Source: Candidatus Krumholzibacteriota bacterium (GTDB taxonomy: Bacteria > Krumholzibacteriota > Krumholzibacteriia > JAJRXK01). Taken from it: a stretch of 64,000 nucleotides of DNA. The position numbers and the translations under genes are program-made. Below are positions 17,876 to 27,541 of the stretch, piece after piece (the first letter of the stretch is position 1; each line of letters begins with the position of its first letter). A model generated the notes under the pieces. It had not been told where the DNA came from and ran no database searches. It saw only the letters and a list, made by a program, of their open reading frames with translations. The stretch is taken from assembly GCA_963806035.1 (NCBI GenBank), contig CAWDWO010000013.1, positions 86,803-150,802 on the forward strand, read 5' to 3'.

Positions 17876-20800
17876 ATGAAGACGACGACTGCACAGAGCG
17901 CCAGCTCCATCCGGCTCAAGGCTCGCCTTCGCGCCGAGCTGAAGCGCCTGCGTCTGCGCATTCTCGGCAACGGGTTCTTGATGCTGCTCGCGAGCACTGG
18001 ACTCGTGCTGGCAGCCGGCGTCCTGGCCTATCCCCTCTGGCCGAAGCTGGGCCCCGCCGCGGCGGGGATCTGCTGGGGGCTGCTGCTGCTCGCTTGGGTC
18101 TGGGTCGCAGTGGTGGGAGTCTTCCGTCCGCTGCGGCTCCTGGCGAACTTGCGCGCCTTCAGCCGCCAGCTCGAACACCACGGGAGCTACGCGAACCTGC
18201 TGGAGACGGCCACCCAGTTCAGCTCCACGCGGGCGGAGGATCCTCTGCGCAGCGGCGCTTCGTCCGAGCTGGTCGAGGAGATTCTGCGGCGCGCATGCCT
18301 CAAGGCGGAGGCGACCGCGCTCGCGCCGCAGATCCCTCTGCTCGGCGTGGGCCGGAACACCCTTCTCGCCCTTTTGGCCCTGAGCTTCTGGTTCGTTCTG
18401 GCGCTCTCGTCGCCGGCGCGCATTGCCGAGACCATGCGCGCGCTGAGCCAGCCACAGCGCCTGGCCGACCGTCCTCCGGAGAGCGGACTCTACGCCGTAT
18501 CCGGAGATCTCGCACTGCCGGTGGGGGCCACCGCGGAGTTGCGCGCGCGCGACTTGATCGGCGGCAAGGAAGCGGTGGTTCTCCAGGTCTCCTACACCGG
18601 CGACTATTGGCAGGACTTGCCCACCGAGGACCTCACCGCCGATCCGGCAAGAAGCCCCTACCTGGAGATTCACGCCCAGGTTCGGCAGGTGGAGGATCCC
18701 TTCCGCTATCGCTTTCGCAAGGGGACGCTCTTCACCAAAGCGCACGAGGTGCGCATCGTGGAACGCCCCGTGGTGCGGGATCTGGCCGCGCAGCTGATTC
18801 CCCCGGCCTACACCGGCTTGCCCACCACCAAGCAGGACGATCTGGGAGGCACCACCACCGTGCTCAGCGGCACCACCGTGATTCTCCAGGGACGAGCCAG
18901 CGTTCCTCTGGGCAGCGCGAGTCGCGTGATGGAGGGCAAGAAGGAGGAGATTCCCTTCGCGCTCGATGGCGCCGAATTCAGCGATACCCTGCGGGTGGAC
19001 GAGGATCTCGCCTTCTCCATCGCTCTGAAGGGGAAGGAAGGCATCAGCGGCGATTCAGCCATCGTCTACCGCTTCAATGCCGTCCCGGATGAGCCTCCCA
19101 GCGTGCGCCTCACCGCGCCCGAGCCCGAATACTCCCTCGACCGCGATCTCGTGGTGCAGGTCGAGGGCTTGGCGGCCGACGACGTCGGGCTGCATCAGGT
19201 CGACCTTCTCTACAAGACCCCGGAGGATGCGGACTGGCGCCGCGCGCATTTGGTGGAGGACGCCAAGTCGAGAGTGAGCAGCGAGGCGATCACCGAATTG
19301 CAGATCGACGCGGGAGAGAAAGAACTCGCACTGGCGTTCACCTGGCATTTGGGCGAGGTGCAGCTCTTTCCTGGCGATCTTCTCAGCTACTGCCTCGAGG
19401 CGGTGGACAACGACGCGCTGGTGGGGGGACAGCGGACGAAGAGCCTGGTGCAGCACTTGCGCCTGCCCACGGTGGCCGAGGTTCTGACGAATCAGCGCAG
19501 TGAGCGCAGCCAACAGAACGATCAGCTGAAGGGCATGCTGGATGAGGGTGAACAACTGCAACAGAACCTGGACCGGCTGCGCCGGGAGCTTCTGAAGAAC
19601 CCCAAGCCGGACTGGACCAAACAGCAGGAGATCGAGAAGGCGCTCGAGGACCAGAAGGCGTTCCAGGAGAAAGCGTTGAAAGCGGCCGAGCAGATGAACG
19701 CCATGCTCGAGGAATTCCAGAAGAACAATTCGGGCAGTCTCGAAATGCTGCAGAAGATGGAGACCATCCAAGAGCTGCTGGAGAAGCTGAAGGACGCGAA
19801 CCTCGACAGCTACCTGAAGGCGATGAAGGAAGCGATGGACAAGCTCTCGCCTTCGGAAATGCAGAACGCGATGGAGGATGCGGCAAACGCGCAAGAGGAG
19901 TGGAACCGCCGCCTGGACCGCAGCATCGAGCTGCTGCGTAAACTCGAACGCGAGCACGCGATGGACGATCTGATGGAGGAGACGGCGGAGGCTCTTTCCC
20001 GTCAGGAGAAACTGCAACGCGCGCTGGATCAGAAAGCTGAATCCGCACAGAACGCCGAATCGCAACAGAAGACTGAGTCGCAACAGAAGAGTGAAAGCTC
20101 CAAGGGGGATTCACTCGGCACGAAGGCTCCCGCGCCCGATGAGAAATCGCAGGCCGAGGGCGAGAAATCCGAGCAAATGAGCCCGGAGGAAGTGGCTCGC
20201 CTGCAAAAGAAACTGGCCGAACAGACCGAGGCGCTGGAGAAACGGCTGCAGGAAGAACTCCAGCAGCTGAAGGAACAGAGAGAATCGGGGAAGGCCAACG
20301 ATCCCTCCGCCAAGGAGATGCAGGACGCTCTGGAGGACGCCCAGAAGCAGATGAACCAGGACGGCAAGGCTTCCGATTCGATGAAAGACGCCAGTGACCA
20401 GCTACAGAATCAAGATCGCAAGGAAGTCACTAAGGAGATGCAGGAGGCGATGGATCGGCTCATCAGCCTCTACAAGGTCCTGGCCGAGGGCAAGAACGGG
20501 ATGACCGTGGCCAACAAGAGCTTCGCGATCGAGAAGTTGCAACAGACGGCCTATGACCTGCTCCGCGTGAGTTTCGAGGAAGAGCAAGTGGTGCGGATGT
20601 TGGACGGTGGAATCAAGGACCAGCGCGTGCGGCCCATCACTCGCCAACAGGCGCGTCTCACCCGCGGAACCTCCAAGCTCTCGGACGACCTACACGAGCT
20701 TTCCAAGAAGAATTTTCTCATCGGTGAAAAACTGCTGCAGAGCATGCGGGACCTGGTGGAGACGATGGAGACCTCGACCCATCAGCTGGAATATTCCCGG

Positions 20801-21463
20801 CCGCGTCGCGCTCACGAAGAAGCCGAAACCTCGATGGGGATGATGAACAAGATCGTGATCGGCCTTTTGACCGCGGCCGAGCAGCAGGGGCAGGGCTCGG
20901 GCAGCGGGTCCAGCGCTTCGCAGCAGATGAAACAGATGGCGGGCGATCAATCGCGACTCAACTCCATGACGAAGGATCTGCAGGAGCGAATGAGGCAGGG
21001 ACTCAGCCCGGAGGAGAGAGGCCGGCTCGCCCAGCTGCACGCGATGCAGGAACAGATAAAGCGACAGCTCGACGAACTGCGAAAGTCTCTCGACGACAAG
21101 CGGCGCGTCCTGGGCGACCTCGATCAGCTCTCCGATGAGATGCAGCACTCCGCGCGTGATCTCCAGTCGGGACGACTCGACTCGAACACGCGGGAACGGC
21201 AGGATCGAATTCTCTCCCGGCTTCTGGACGCCGAGCGTTCGGTGCGCGAGAGGGATTTCGCCAAGCGCCGCGAATCGAAATCGGCGGAGCAACTCTATCA
21301 GCAACAGGAGGGAACCCAGCTCTCCGAGGGTCGCGAGGATCGTAAGCGTGAACTGCGGCGCTGGCTCGCGCCCGACGCGGCGCCGCGCGAGTACCAGGAC
21401 GAAGTCCGACGCTATTTCCGGCGGATCCAGGACGAGCTCTCCACCAAGGGAGAGACGAAATGA
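17876..21463 (+). CDS. DUF4175-like membrane protein (TM helices, Ig-like region, long Q/E-rich coiled coil)
   Basis: PPAYTGL, DEPP.V, ADDVG and EAVDND motifs; coiled-coil C-terminus RQDRILSRLLDAERS..ERD, P.EY...VRRYF. Confidence 0.75.
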   Translation: MKTTTAQSASSIRLKARLRAELKRLRLRILGNGFLMLLASTGLVLAAGVLAYPLWPKLGPAAAGICWGLLLLAWVWVAVVGVFRPLRLLANLRAFSRQLEHHGSYANLLETATQFSSTRAEDPLRSGASSELVEEILRRACLKAEATALAPQIPLLGVGRNTLLALLALSFWFVLALSSPARIAETMRALSQPQRLADRPPESGLYAVSGDLALPVGATAELRARDLIGGKEAVVLQVSYTGDYWQDLPTEDLTADPARSPYLEIHAQVRQVEDPFRYRFRKGTLFTKAHEVRIVERPVVRDLAAQLIPPAYTGLPTTKQDDLGGTTTVLSGTTVILQGRASVPLGSASRVMEGKKEEIPFALDGAEFSDTLRVDEDLAFSIALKGKEGISGDSAIVYRFNAVPDEPPSVRLTAPEPEYSLDRDLVVQVEGLAADDVGLHQVDLLYKTPEDADWRRAHLVEDAKSRVSSEAITELQIDAGEKELALAFTWHLGEVQLFPGDLLSYCLEAVDNDALVGGQRTKSLVQHLRLPTVAEVLTNQRSERSQQNDQLKGMLDEGEQLQQNLDRLRRELLKNPKPDWTKQQEIEKALEDQKAFQEKALKAAEQMNAMLEEFQKNNSGSLEMLQKMETIQELLEKLKDANLDSYLKAMKEAMDKLSPSEMQNAMEDAANAQEEWNRRLDRSIELLRKLEREHAMDDLMEETAEALSRQEKLQRALDQKAESAQNAESQQKTESQQKSESSKGDSLGTKAPAPDEKSQAEGEKSEQMSPEEVARLQKKLAEQTEALEKRLQEELQQLKEQRESGKANDPSAKEMQDALEDAQKQMNQDGKASDSMKDASDQLQNQDRKEVTKEMQEAMDRLISLYKVLAEGKNGMTVANKSFAIEKLQQTAYDLLRVSFEEEQVVRMLDGGIKDQRVRPITRQQARLTRGTSKLSDDLHELSKKNFLIGEKLLQSMRDLVETMETSTHQLEYSRPRRAHEEAETSMGMMNKIVIGLLTAAEQQGQGSGSGSSASQQMKQMAGDQSRLNSMTKDLQERMRQGLSPEERGRLAQLHAMQEQIKRQLDELRKSLDDKRRVLGDLDQLSDEMQHSARDLQSGRLDSNTRERQDRILSRLLDAERSVRERDFAKRRESKSAEQLYQQQEGTQLSEGREDRKRELRRWLAPDAAPREYQDEVRRYFRRIQDELSTKGETK
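20036..20104 (+). repeat. Degenerate in-frame 18-bp tandem repeat (AESAQN AESQQK TESQQK SESSK)
   Basis: gctgaatccgcacagaac / gccgaatcgcaacagaag / actgagtcgcaacagaag / agtgaaagctccaag. Confidence 0.7.
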
Positions 21464-23430
21464 GATTCCCGGGCGCGGTTTTCTTTCTCGGGACCTCACT
21501 CCTTCTCTTGCCCGCCCCCGCGGCAAGAGCCCAGGCCGACGCGCGCGACGCTCCCCCCATTCTCAGGGAAGCGCCGCCGGACAGCAGTGGGGCATCGGTG
21601 CGCAGGCTGAGAGCTCTCCAAAATGCGAAGCTGCTCGCGGCCCGCGGCCGTTCCGAGGAAGCCATCTCGGAGCTGGAGAACTATCTGAAAGCGAACGGCG
21701 AGGATCGCATCATCGTGCGCGAACTGGTCAGCCTGTACCAGGATGCACGCCGCTTCAACGATCTGGAGAAACTCCTGAAGCTGCAGATCGAAAAGAGCGA
21801 AGGGGTGGACGTCGGAGCCCTGAGGCTCCTGGCGCAGGCGCAGTTGGAATTGGGCAAGGACGACGAGGCCATCGCGAATCTGCAGAAAATCTTGAAGGCT
21901 CATCCGGATGAGCTCTCCTACGCCCGCATGGTGGCGACGGTGCTCGGCCGCTACAAACACGACGAGGATGCCCTCGCGGTGCTGCTTCAGGCTCGCAAGC
22001 AGTCCGGCGATTCCAATGCCCTCGCGCAGCAACTCGGGGCGACCTATCTCCGGATGAACAAGCCGGTGGAAGCGGCTACCGAATATCTGCGGGTAGTCCT
22101 GGACACGCCGATGAACGTGGAATTGATGCGCGCCCAGATTCTCGACATCAGGGACGCCCACCCAAAAGCGGCTCCCGCCATTCGCGCCGCCTGCGAGAAG
22201 CTCTACCAGGAACATCCGGCCATTCCGGAACTGGGTTTGGTGCTGGGAGAACTCCGCCAGCTGGACGGCGAGAGTCAGGCCGCGTGGGAAGTGATCGAGC
22301 CCCTGCTGGACATGAACCAATTGAAGAGCGAGCTCCTGCAGATGGCTCTCGCGGGCTTGGCCGAGAGCCGGCTGCCGGCCAGCGACCCGAGCTCGAATCT
22401 GAAGCGGCTCCGCCTCAGCCAGAAGATTCTGGCCGGCCTCTTGGCGGAGGAGCGGCTACCCAAGAGCTTGCAGCCGCGCGCCTTCGATGCCCTGACGCGC
22501 ACCTGGATCGCGCTTCTGGCCAATTCCTCCTTCGACGAATTGTCCAGCGCGGACCAAAAGGAAATCTTGAACGGAGCCAGGGCCACTCTGCTCACGATGA
22601 TGGAGCGCTTCCCCAACGACAAGCACACCACCGACTCGCTCTTGCGCCTCGCCCGGGCCTACGTCGAGCTCCTGCACCAGCCCGAGGATGCCATCGCCCT
22701 CTACCGCCGCATCCAGATGAACCCCAACGTAAACGTCGACGACATGGAGACGGCGCGCGTGGGATTGGGACAGGCCTACATGGCGGCGGGCGACACCACG
22801 CAGGCGCGCACGCTCTTTGAAACCATGGGCCGCGACATGAATTTCATCGACGGCCAGGGCCGCGCCCACTTTCATCTGGGTCAGCTCGATTTCATGGGCG
22901 GGGAATTCGAACGCGCCAAGGACCGCTTGCGCGCGGTGGCTTTCGAAGCGCCGTCGGCTTCCTACACCAACGACGCGCTCGACCTCGCTTTGCTCTTGGC
23001 CGAGGAATCCATGGGAGACGACGACCAGGCCGGACTCAGGCGTTACGGACGCGCCCTCTACTTCAAGATGGTGGGAGAGAACGACTCGCTGTTGACCCAG
23101 TTGAAGATCCTCAGCGAGAAGAAGTCACCCGTGCTCAGGGCGCGAGCCCGTCTCGATCTGGCGCAATACTGGTCGGATGCGGGCAAGAACACGCGCGCCC
23201 TGGCCCAGGTCGACAGCCTCCTGTCCGAAGCGCCGACCAGTCGTCTGGCGCCGCGGGCCCTGGAGCTTCAGGGCGATCTCTGGTCGCGCCAGGGCAAGAG
23301 TTCACAGGCGCGAGCGTCCTACGCGCGGCTGCTCGAGGACTACCAGGACTACATCTTCATCGAAACGGTCCGCGACAAGATTCGTGAGATCGACGCCGCC
23401 CAGAGCAAAGAAAAGGGAAATCTGCCATGA
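21460..23430 (+). CDS. Exported tetratricopeptide-repeat protein
   Basis: Signal peptide (..AARA/Q), repeated TPR-like helices, ATGA overlap with the upstream gene. Confidence 0.8.
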   Translation: MRFPGAVFFLGTSLLLLPAPAARAQADARDAPPILREAPPDSSGASVRRLRALQNAKLLAARGRSEEAISELENYLKANGEDRIIVRELVSLYQDARRFNDLEKLLKLQIEKSEGVDVGALRLLAQAQLELGKDDEAIANLQKILKAHPDELSYARMVATVLGRYKHDEDALAVLLQARKQSGDSNALAQQLGATYLRMNKPVEAATEYLRVVLDTPMNVELMRAQILDIRDAHPKAAPAIRAACEKLYQEHPAIPELGLVLGELRQLDGESQAAWEVIEPLLDMNQLKSELLQMALAGLAESRLPASDPSSNLKRLRLSQKILAGLLAEERLPKSLQPRAFDALTRTWIALLANSSFDELSSADQKEILNGARATLLTMMERFPNDKHTTDSLLRLARAYVELLHQPEDAIALYRRIQMNPNVNVDDMETARVGLGQAYMAAGDTTQARTLFETMGRDMNFIDGQGRAHFHLGQLDFMGGEFERAKDRLRAVAFEAPSASYTNDALDLALLLAEESMGDDDQAGLRRYGRALYFKMVGENDSLLTQLKILSEKKSPVLRARARLDLAQYWSDAGKNTRALAQVDSLLSEAPTSRLAPRALELQGDLWSRQGKSSQARASYARLLEDYQDYIFIETVRDKIREIDAAQSKEKGNLP

Positions 23431-24722
23431 ACTCGAGGCTTCCAAGAGCGCGCTTCATTCCAATGCTCGTACTGCTGACGATGCTGCTGGCGATCGGTGT
23501 CTCCTTTCGGGGAGTCGCGCTCGCCAGCGACATCCTCGTCCCCATGGACATGAAGCAGGAGAACCATCTCAAGGCCTACGGTCTGGCCTTCAAGGCGCTC
23601 AAGAAGCACATGCCGGTGAGCTGGCTGCTCAACTATCGCGGCGGCAGTTTTCTCATCCCCGATGGTTCCGTGTTGGAACCACAGGCCCGCCTCATGGGGG
23701 TCACCACCACCAGGGTGAGCCCGGGCGAGGTGGCGCGGATCCGCGCGGTCATCGCCAAGGAGAACATGGACGAGGTGTTACTGGAAGTTCCGCCGCGGAT
23801 TGCGATCTATGCGCCGCCAAACTTCCAGCCCTGGGATGATGCCGTCACCCTGGCGTTGAGCTACGCGGAGATCGACTTCGACACGGTCTTCGATTCGGAA
23901 GTTCTGGCCGGCAAACTGAGCAACTACGACTGGCTGCATCTGCACCATGAGGATTTTACCGGCCAGTACGGCAAATTCTACGGGTCCTTCAAGGATCAAC
24001 CCTGGTACAAGCAGCAGAAGAAGCTTTTCGAGACCATCGCCGCCGCGCACGGTTTCAAGACCGTGCGAGAGCTCAAGGGCGCGGTGGCCCTCACCATCAA
24101 ACAATTCGTGGCCAACGGCGGCTTCCTTTTCGCGATGTGTTCCGCCACCGACACCTTCGACATCGCGCTGGCCGGCCTCGGAGTGGATTTCGTCGATCGA
24201 CCCTTCGATGGCACTCCGGTCGACCCCGACTACAGGAGCAAGCTCGACTTCTCCCGCTGCCTCGCCTTCGAGAACTTCACTCTCTACACCAATCCCCTCG
24301 AATACGAATTCAGCAACATCGACACTTCGAACTACGCGCGCCTGAGGGGGCCGGAGGCCGATTACTTCACCCTCTTCAATTTTGCCGCCAAATATGATCC
24401 AGTGCCGACCATGTTGACCCAGGACCACGTAAGCGTGATCAACGGCTTCATGGGGCAGACCACCGGATTCAAGAAGGAACTGCTCAAGAAGAACGTGGTG
24501 ATTCTGGCCGAGGTGGAGGGCGCGGACGAGGTCAAGTACCTGCACGGCAATCTCGGGAAGGGCACCTTCACCTTCTACGGGGGGCACGATCCGGAGGACT
24601 ACACCCACGCGGTGGGCGATCCTCCGACCGATCTCGATCTTCACCCGCACTCACCGGGCTACCGGCTCATTCTGAACAACGTTCTCTTTCCCGCCGCGAA
24701 GAAGAAGCCCCAAAAGACCTGA
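23427..24722 (+). CDS. Conserved exported protein of a family I recall being auto-annotated as asparagine synthetase B; function unknown
   Basis: Signal peptide; QENHLKAYG, WLLNYRGGSF, PWDDAVTLAL.YAEI, WLHLHHEDFTGQYGKFY, AMCSATD, GGHDPEDY.H.VGDPPTDL and GYRLILNNVLFPAA motifs. Confidence 0.75.
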   Translation: MNSRLPRARFIPMLVLLTMLLAIGVSFRGVALASDILVPMDMKQENHLKAYGLAFKALKKHMPVSWLLNYRGGSFLIPDGSVLEPQARLMGVTTTRVSPGEVARIRAVIAKENMDEVLLEVPPRIAIYAPPNFQPWDDAVTLALSYAEIDFDTVFDSEVLAGKLSNYDWLHLHHEDFTGQYGKFYGSFKDQPWYKQQKKLFETIAAAHGFKTVRELKGAVALTIKQFVANGGFLFAMCSATDTFDIALAGLGVDFVDRPFDGTPVDPDYRSKLDFSRCLAFENFTLYTNPLEYEFSNIDTSNYARLRGPEADYFTLFNFAAKYDPVPTMLTQDHVSVINGFMGQTTGFKKELLKKNVVILAEVEGADEVKYLHGNLGKGTFTFYGGHDPEDYTHAVGDPPTDLDLHPHSPGYRLILNNVLFPAAKKKPQKT

Positions 24723-24741
24723 GAGAGGACTGTTTCGGTCC

Positions 24742-24771
24742 TTGACATGGTTTTTGCGCCCTGGGGATAAT
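24742..24771 (+). promoter_or_regulatory. sigma70 promoter for the structured leader and zinc-ribbon gene
   Basis: TTGACA (24742-24747), 18 nt, GATAAT (24766-24771). Confidence 0.65.
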
Positions 24772-24774
24772 CAA

Positions 24775-24925
24775 GCGCCTGTGGACGGTGCAGCCACGCG
24801 CTCTTCGCGCGTGGGATCGTTCAGTTCTCTTCAGGGGGTGGAAGTCCTCGACCACCCGGAGAACATGCCAGGCGCGGTCTTCGTGAGAGGGAGGTGAGTT
24901 CTCCGTTCGATCCCGGGCGGAGTTC
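24775..24925 (+). ncRNA. Putative structured cis-regulatory RNA leader (unassigned family)
   Basis: Closing helix 24775-81/24869-75 encloses two extended hairpins; a further 9-bp hairpin at 24901-24922 sequesters a GGAG. Confidence 0.45.
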
Positions 24926-24928
24926 GGC

Positions 24929-25123
24929 ATGACGATGAAGGAATTTCCCGTGTGTCAGAAATGTGAGAAGGGTGTCCTGCTGCCGCTTTCGGACTACGGG
25001 CGCGATGGCGCTCCGATTCAGTACAAGGCTTGGGTGTGTAGCAGTCCTTCTTGCGGCTTCAACATTCGCATCGACAACGGTGAGATCAGTCTTGGTCGAC
25101 CGATCGCTCAATCATCCAAGTAG
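24929..25123 (+). CDS. Small zinc-ribbon-like protein (CxxC...CxxxxC), 64 aa
   Basis: CQKC...LLPLSDYG...YKAWVCSSPSCGFNIRIDNGEI; has its own promoter; codon-like composition. Confidence 0.75.
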   Translation: MTMKEFPVCQKCEKGVLLPLSDYGRDGAPIQYKAWVCSSPSCGFNIRIDNGEISLGRPIAQSSK

Positions 25124-25922
25124 GATCGCCGTTATCTTCAGGGCCTAGCCGTTTGAGTGCCCACCAGCTGATCACCACTCCGGCAACCGCCAGTGCCCAG
25201 CCGAGGCGGCCGGTCGTCAGGCTGGCCTCCGTCTGCGTGTTTTCGGGTGACAGGGTCACGAGGCTGACCAGGTTGTAGAGACCGTGCGCGTAGATGCTGG
25301 CGCTCAAATTGCCCGTGCGCAGAAACACGATCCCCAAGAGCACGCCCACCGCAATCAGGCCCGCAAGGTAGTAGGGTTGCAGGTGAACCGCGGCGAAGAG
25401 CACGGCGGCCATGGCGACAGCTTGAGCCGCGTCCATGCGCGCGAGAGCGGCCTGTTGCAAGAGCCCGCGAAAGACGGTTTCCTCACCGAAGGGCGCGACG
25501 ATGCAGAGGGCGGCAATGGCCAGCGCCCAGCTCGCCACGGAATCCGGACGCAGCTTCTGCATGCTTTCGAGAACTTCGGGGGGGACGGGCAGGAGATGCG
25601 AATTGAGCGTGGTGATGAGATCGATGGGAAAGATCGAGGCCAGAGTGATGAGGGTGACGAGAGCGAAAGTCTTGAAGCCGAGCGATCCGAGGCGAAAGCT
25701 GAGGAGGGGGGCATCACCCACGGCACGGGCCAATCCGAACGGCAGGAGGATGAAGACGAAGAGGCTCGAGAGCAGAGCAGCCCAGAGTTCGCTTCCCAGC
25801 AGCTCGTCGAGACTCAGCTGGACGCTCAAATTCAGGGCGACCAGGGCCAGGGACAAAAAGAAGAGCCGCGTGAAACTCAGACGTTCGAAGAGCTGGCTGC
25901 TGCGAGGGCGCGGTGTAATCAT
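25086..25922 (-). CDS. CPBP (CAAX/Abi) family intramembrane metalloprotease
   Basis: EETVFRG, FAAVH and HGLYN motifs; multiple TM helices. Confidence 0.9.
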   Translation of the reverse strand: MITPRPRSSQLFERLSFTRLFFLSLALVALNLSVQLSLDELLGSELWAALLSSLFVFILLPFGLARAVGDAPLLSFRLGSLGFKTFALVTLITLASIFPIDLITTLNSHLLPVPPEVLESMQKLRPDSVASWALAIAALCIVAPFGEETVFRGLLQQAALARMDAAQAVAMAAVLFAAVHLQPYYLAGLIAVGVLLGIVFLRTGNLSASIYAHGLYNLVSLVTLSPENTQTEASLTTGRLGWALAVAGVVISWWALKRLGPEDNGDPTWMIERSVDQD

Positions 25923-25978
25923 GATTGGTTTACACTAACACCATCGTCACCGCGCGCCACGATCACTGGAGGTTTGGC

Positions 25979-27541
25979 ATGTTCGTCGTGGATTCAGCCA
26001 CGATCCGCGCCATCGACACGGCGTCGATCGAAGCGGGCGTCATGGGAATCCATCTCATGGAGGAGGCCGGCGCGGGCGCGGCTCGCATGCTCCTGGCCAA
26101 ACCGGATTGGCTGTGGGGCACCACCTTGGTGCTCTGCGGGAGCGGCAACAACGGTGGCGACGGACTGGTAGTGGCGCGACTGCTGAAGGGCGAGGGCCAC
26201 GAGGTGCGCGTCCTGCTCCTCAGCGAGGAAGAAAAGTATCAAGGAGACGCAGCGACCAACCTCGTGCGCGCCCGCGAGGCCGGCGTCCCTCTGCAGGTTC
26301 TAAAGGAAGATGCCGCGGCCGAGCTGTTGCGCATCGCGCGAGAACATCCGGGACGCGCCCTGGTGGACGGCATTCTGGGCACCGGCTTCAGACCTCCCCT
26401 GCGCGGCCGAATTCTCGAGTTGGTCGAGGCGATCAACTCGCTGGGCCGGCGCGTACTCGCCCTGGATGCGCCCAGTGGTCTCGACGCCTCCACCGGCGCA
26501 GTGGATCCGGTGGCGGTCCGGGCCGATCTGTGCGCGAGCTTCGGTCTGGCGAAATGGGGACTCTTTCTGCCCCCCGGGCGCGCCCATTGTGGAACGATCC
26601 AGACGGTGGCGCTCTCCTTTCCCGAGGAGATCGTGAAGGAACAGGTGAAGCGGAGCGAGAACTCGGCGCTCTACGTGAACAAAACCCTGGCCTCGGGATG
26701 GTTCAGGCCGAGAGCCTTCGACGCCCACAAGTACTCGGTGGGAAGCCTGCTCGTGGTGGGAGGGAGCACGGGAATGTCGGGCGCCGTCTCGCTGGCCTCG
26801 CTGGCCGCTCTGCGCAGCGGCGCGGGCTTGGTGGAGGCCTTGGTGCCGGGAAGCCAGCGCCTGGTGGTGGATGCCAGCTGCCTGGAGGTCCTGGTCCATC
26901 CCATGCCGGAGACGGCAGCGGGAACTCTCTCGCCGGAGACCCTCGGCGAGATTCTGGAGCGCTCGCAGCGCCACTCCGCCGTGCTCTTGGGGCCGGGACT
27001 CGGCGCCGATCTTCAGACTGCCCAACTCGCCATCGAGACCACAAAGGCGCTGAAGAAGCCCATGCTCGTCGACGCCGACGGCCTCAACGCCTTCGCGCGG
27101 CTGCAGACTCCGCTGCGGCTTCCCGCGGGATCGGTCATCACCCCGCACACCGGAGAACTTCGCCGCTTACTCGGTGAGGACGCGGACCTGTCGAGCGGGC
27201 GCGTGGAGAGCGTGAGGCGCGCGGCGGAGGAGTTCTCCACCGTGCTTCTACACAAGGGAGCGCCCACCATGGTCGCATCCCCCGACGGCGCCTTCGCGGT
27301 GATCGGCGCGGGGAACTCCGCGCTGGCCAGCGCAGGAACCGGCGATGTTCTCTCGGGAGTCATCGCGGCCCTCCTGGCGGCCGGGTACGACGCCTTCGAG
27401 GCCGCGTGTCTGGGAGCCTGGATGCACGGAACCGCGGGCGAACGCGTGTCGCTACGCATGGGGGAGGCGGGACTTCTCGCGCGCGACCTGCTCGATGAAT
27501 TGGGCCCGGTGGGTCTGGAGCTGCAAGAGGCGAATCGATGA
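25979..27541 (+). CDS. nnr: Bifunctional NAD(P)H-hydrate epimerase/dehydratase
   Basis: LMEEAG, CGSGNNGGDG, DGILGTG, DAPSG, HKYSVG, DADGLN, TPHTGE and AGTGDVL motifs; GGAGG RBS before ATG 25979. Confidence 0.93.
   Translation: MFVVDSATIRAIDTASIEAGVMGIHLMEEAGAGAARMLLAKPDWLWGTTLVLCGSGNNGGDGLVVARLLKGEGHEVRVLLLSEEEKYQGDAATNLVRAREAGVPLQVLKEDAAAELLRIAREHPGRALVDGILGTGFRPPLRGRILELVEAINSLGRRVLALDAPSGLDASTGAVDPVAVRADLCASFGLAKWGLFLPPGRAHCGTIQTVALSFPEEIVKEQVKRSENSALYVNKTLASGWFRPRAFDAHKYSVGSLLVVGGSTGMSGAVSLASLAALRSGAGLVEALVPGSQRLVVDASCLEVLVHPMPETAAGTLSPETLGEILERSQRHSAVLLGPGLGADLQTAQLAIETTKALKKPMLVDADGLNAFARLQTPLRLPAGSVITPHTGELRRLLGEDADLSSGRVESVRRAAEEFSTVLLHKGAPTMVASPDGAFAVIGAGNSALASAGTGDVLSGVIAALLAAGYDAFEAACLGAWMHGTAGERVSLRMGEAGLLARDLLDELGPVGLELQEANR

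Noticed and set aside
23427..24722. True asparagine synthetase B
   Set aside because: It has a signal peptide, no N-terminal Cys Ntn domain and no SGGLDS ATP-pyrophosphatase motif.
24824..24865. FMN riboswitch (CTTCAGGG..GTGGAAGTCC resemblance)
   Set aside because: The downstream conserved FMN elements (ACCGGCGGT, AGCCCGCG, CCGACAGT, GTCTGGATG) are absent, and the downstream gene is unrelated to flavin metabolism.
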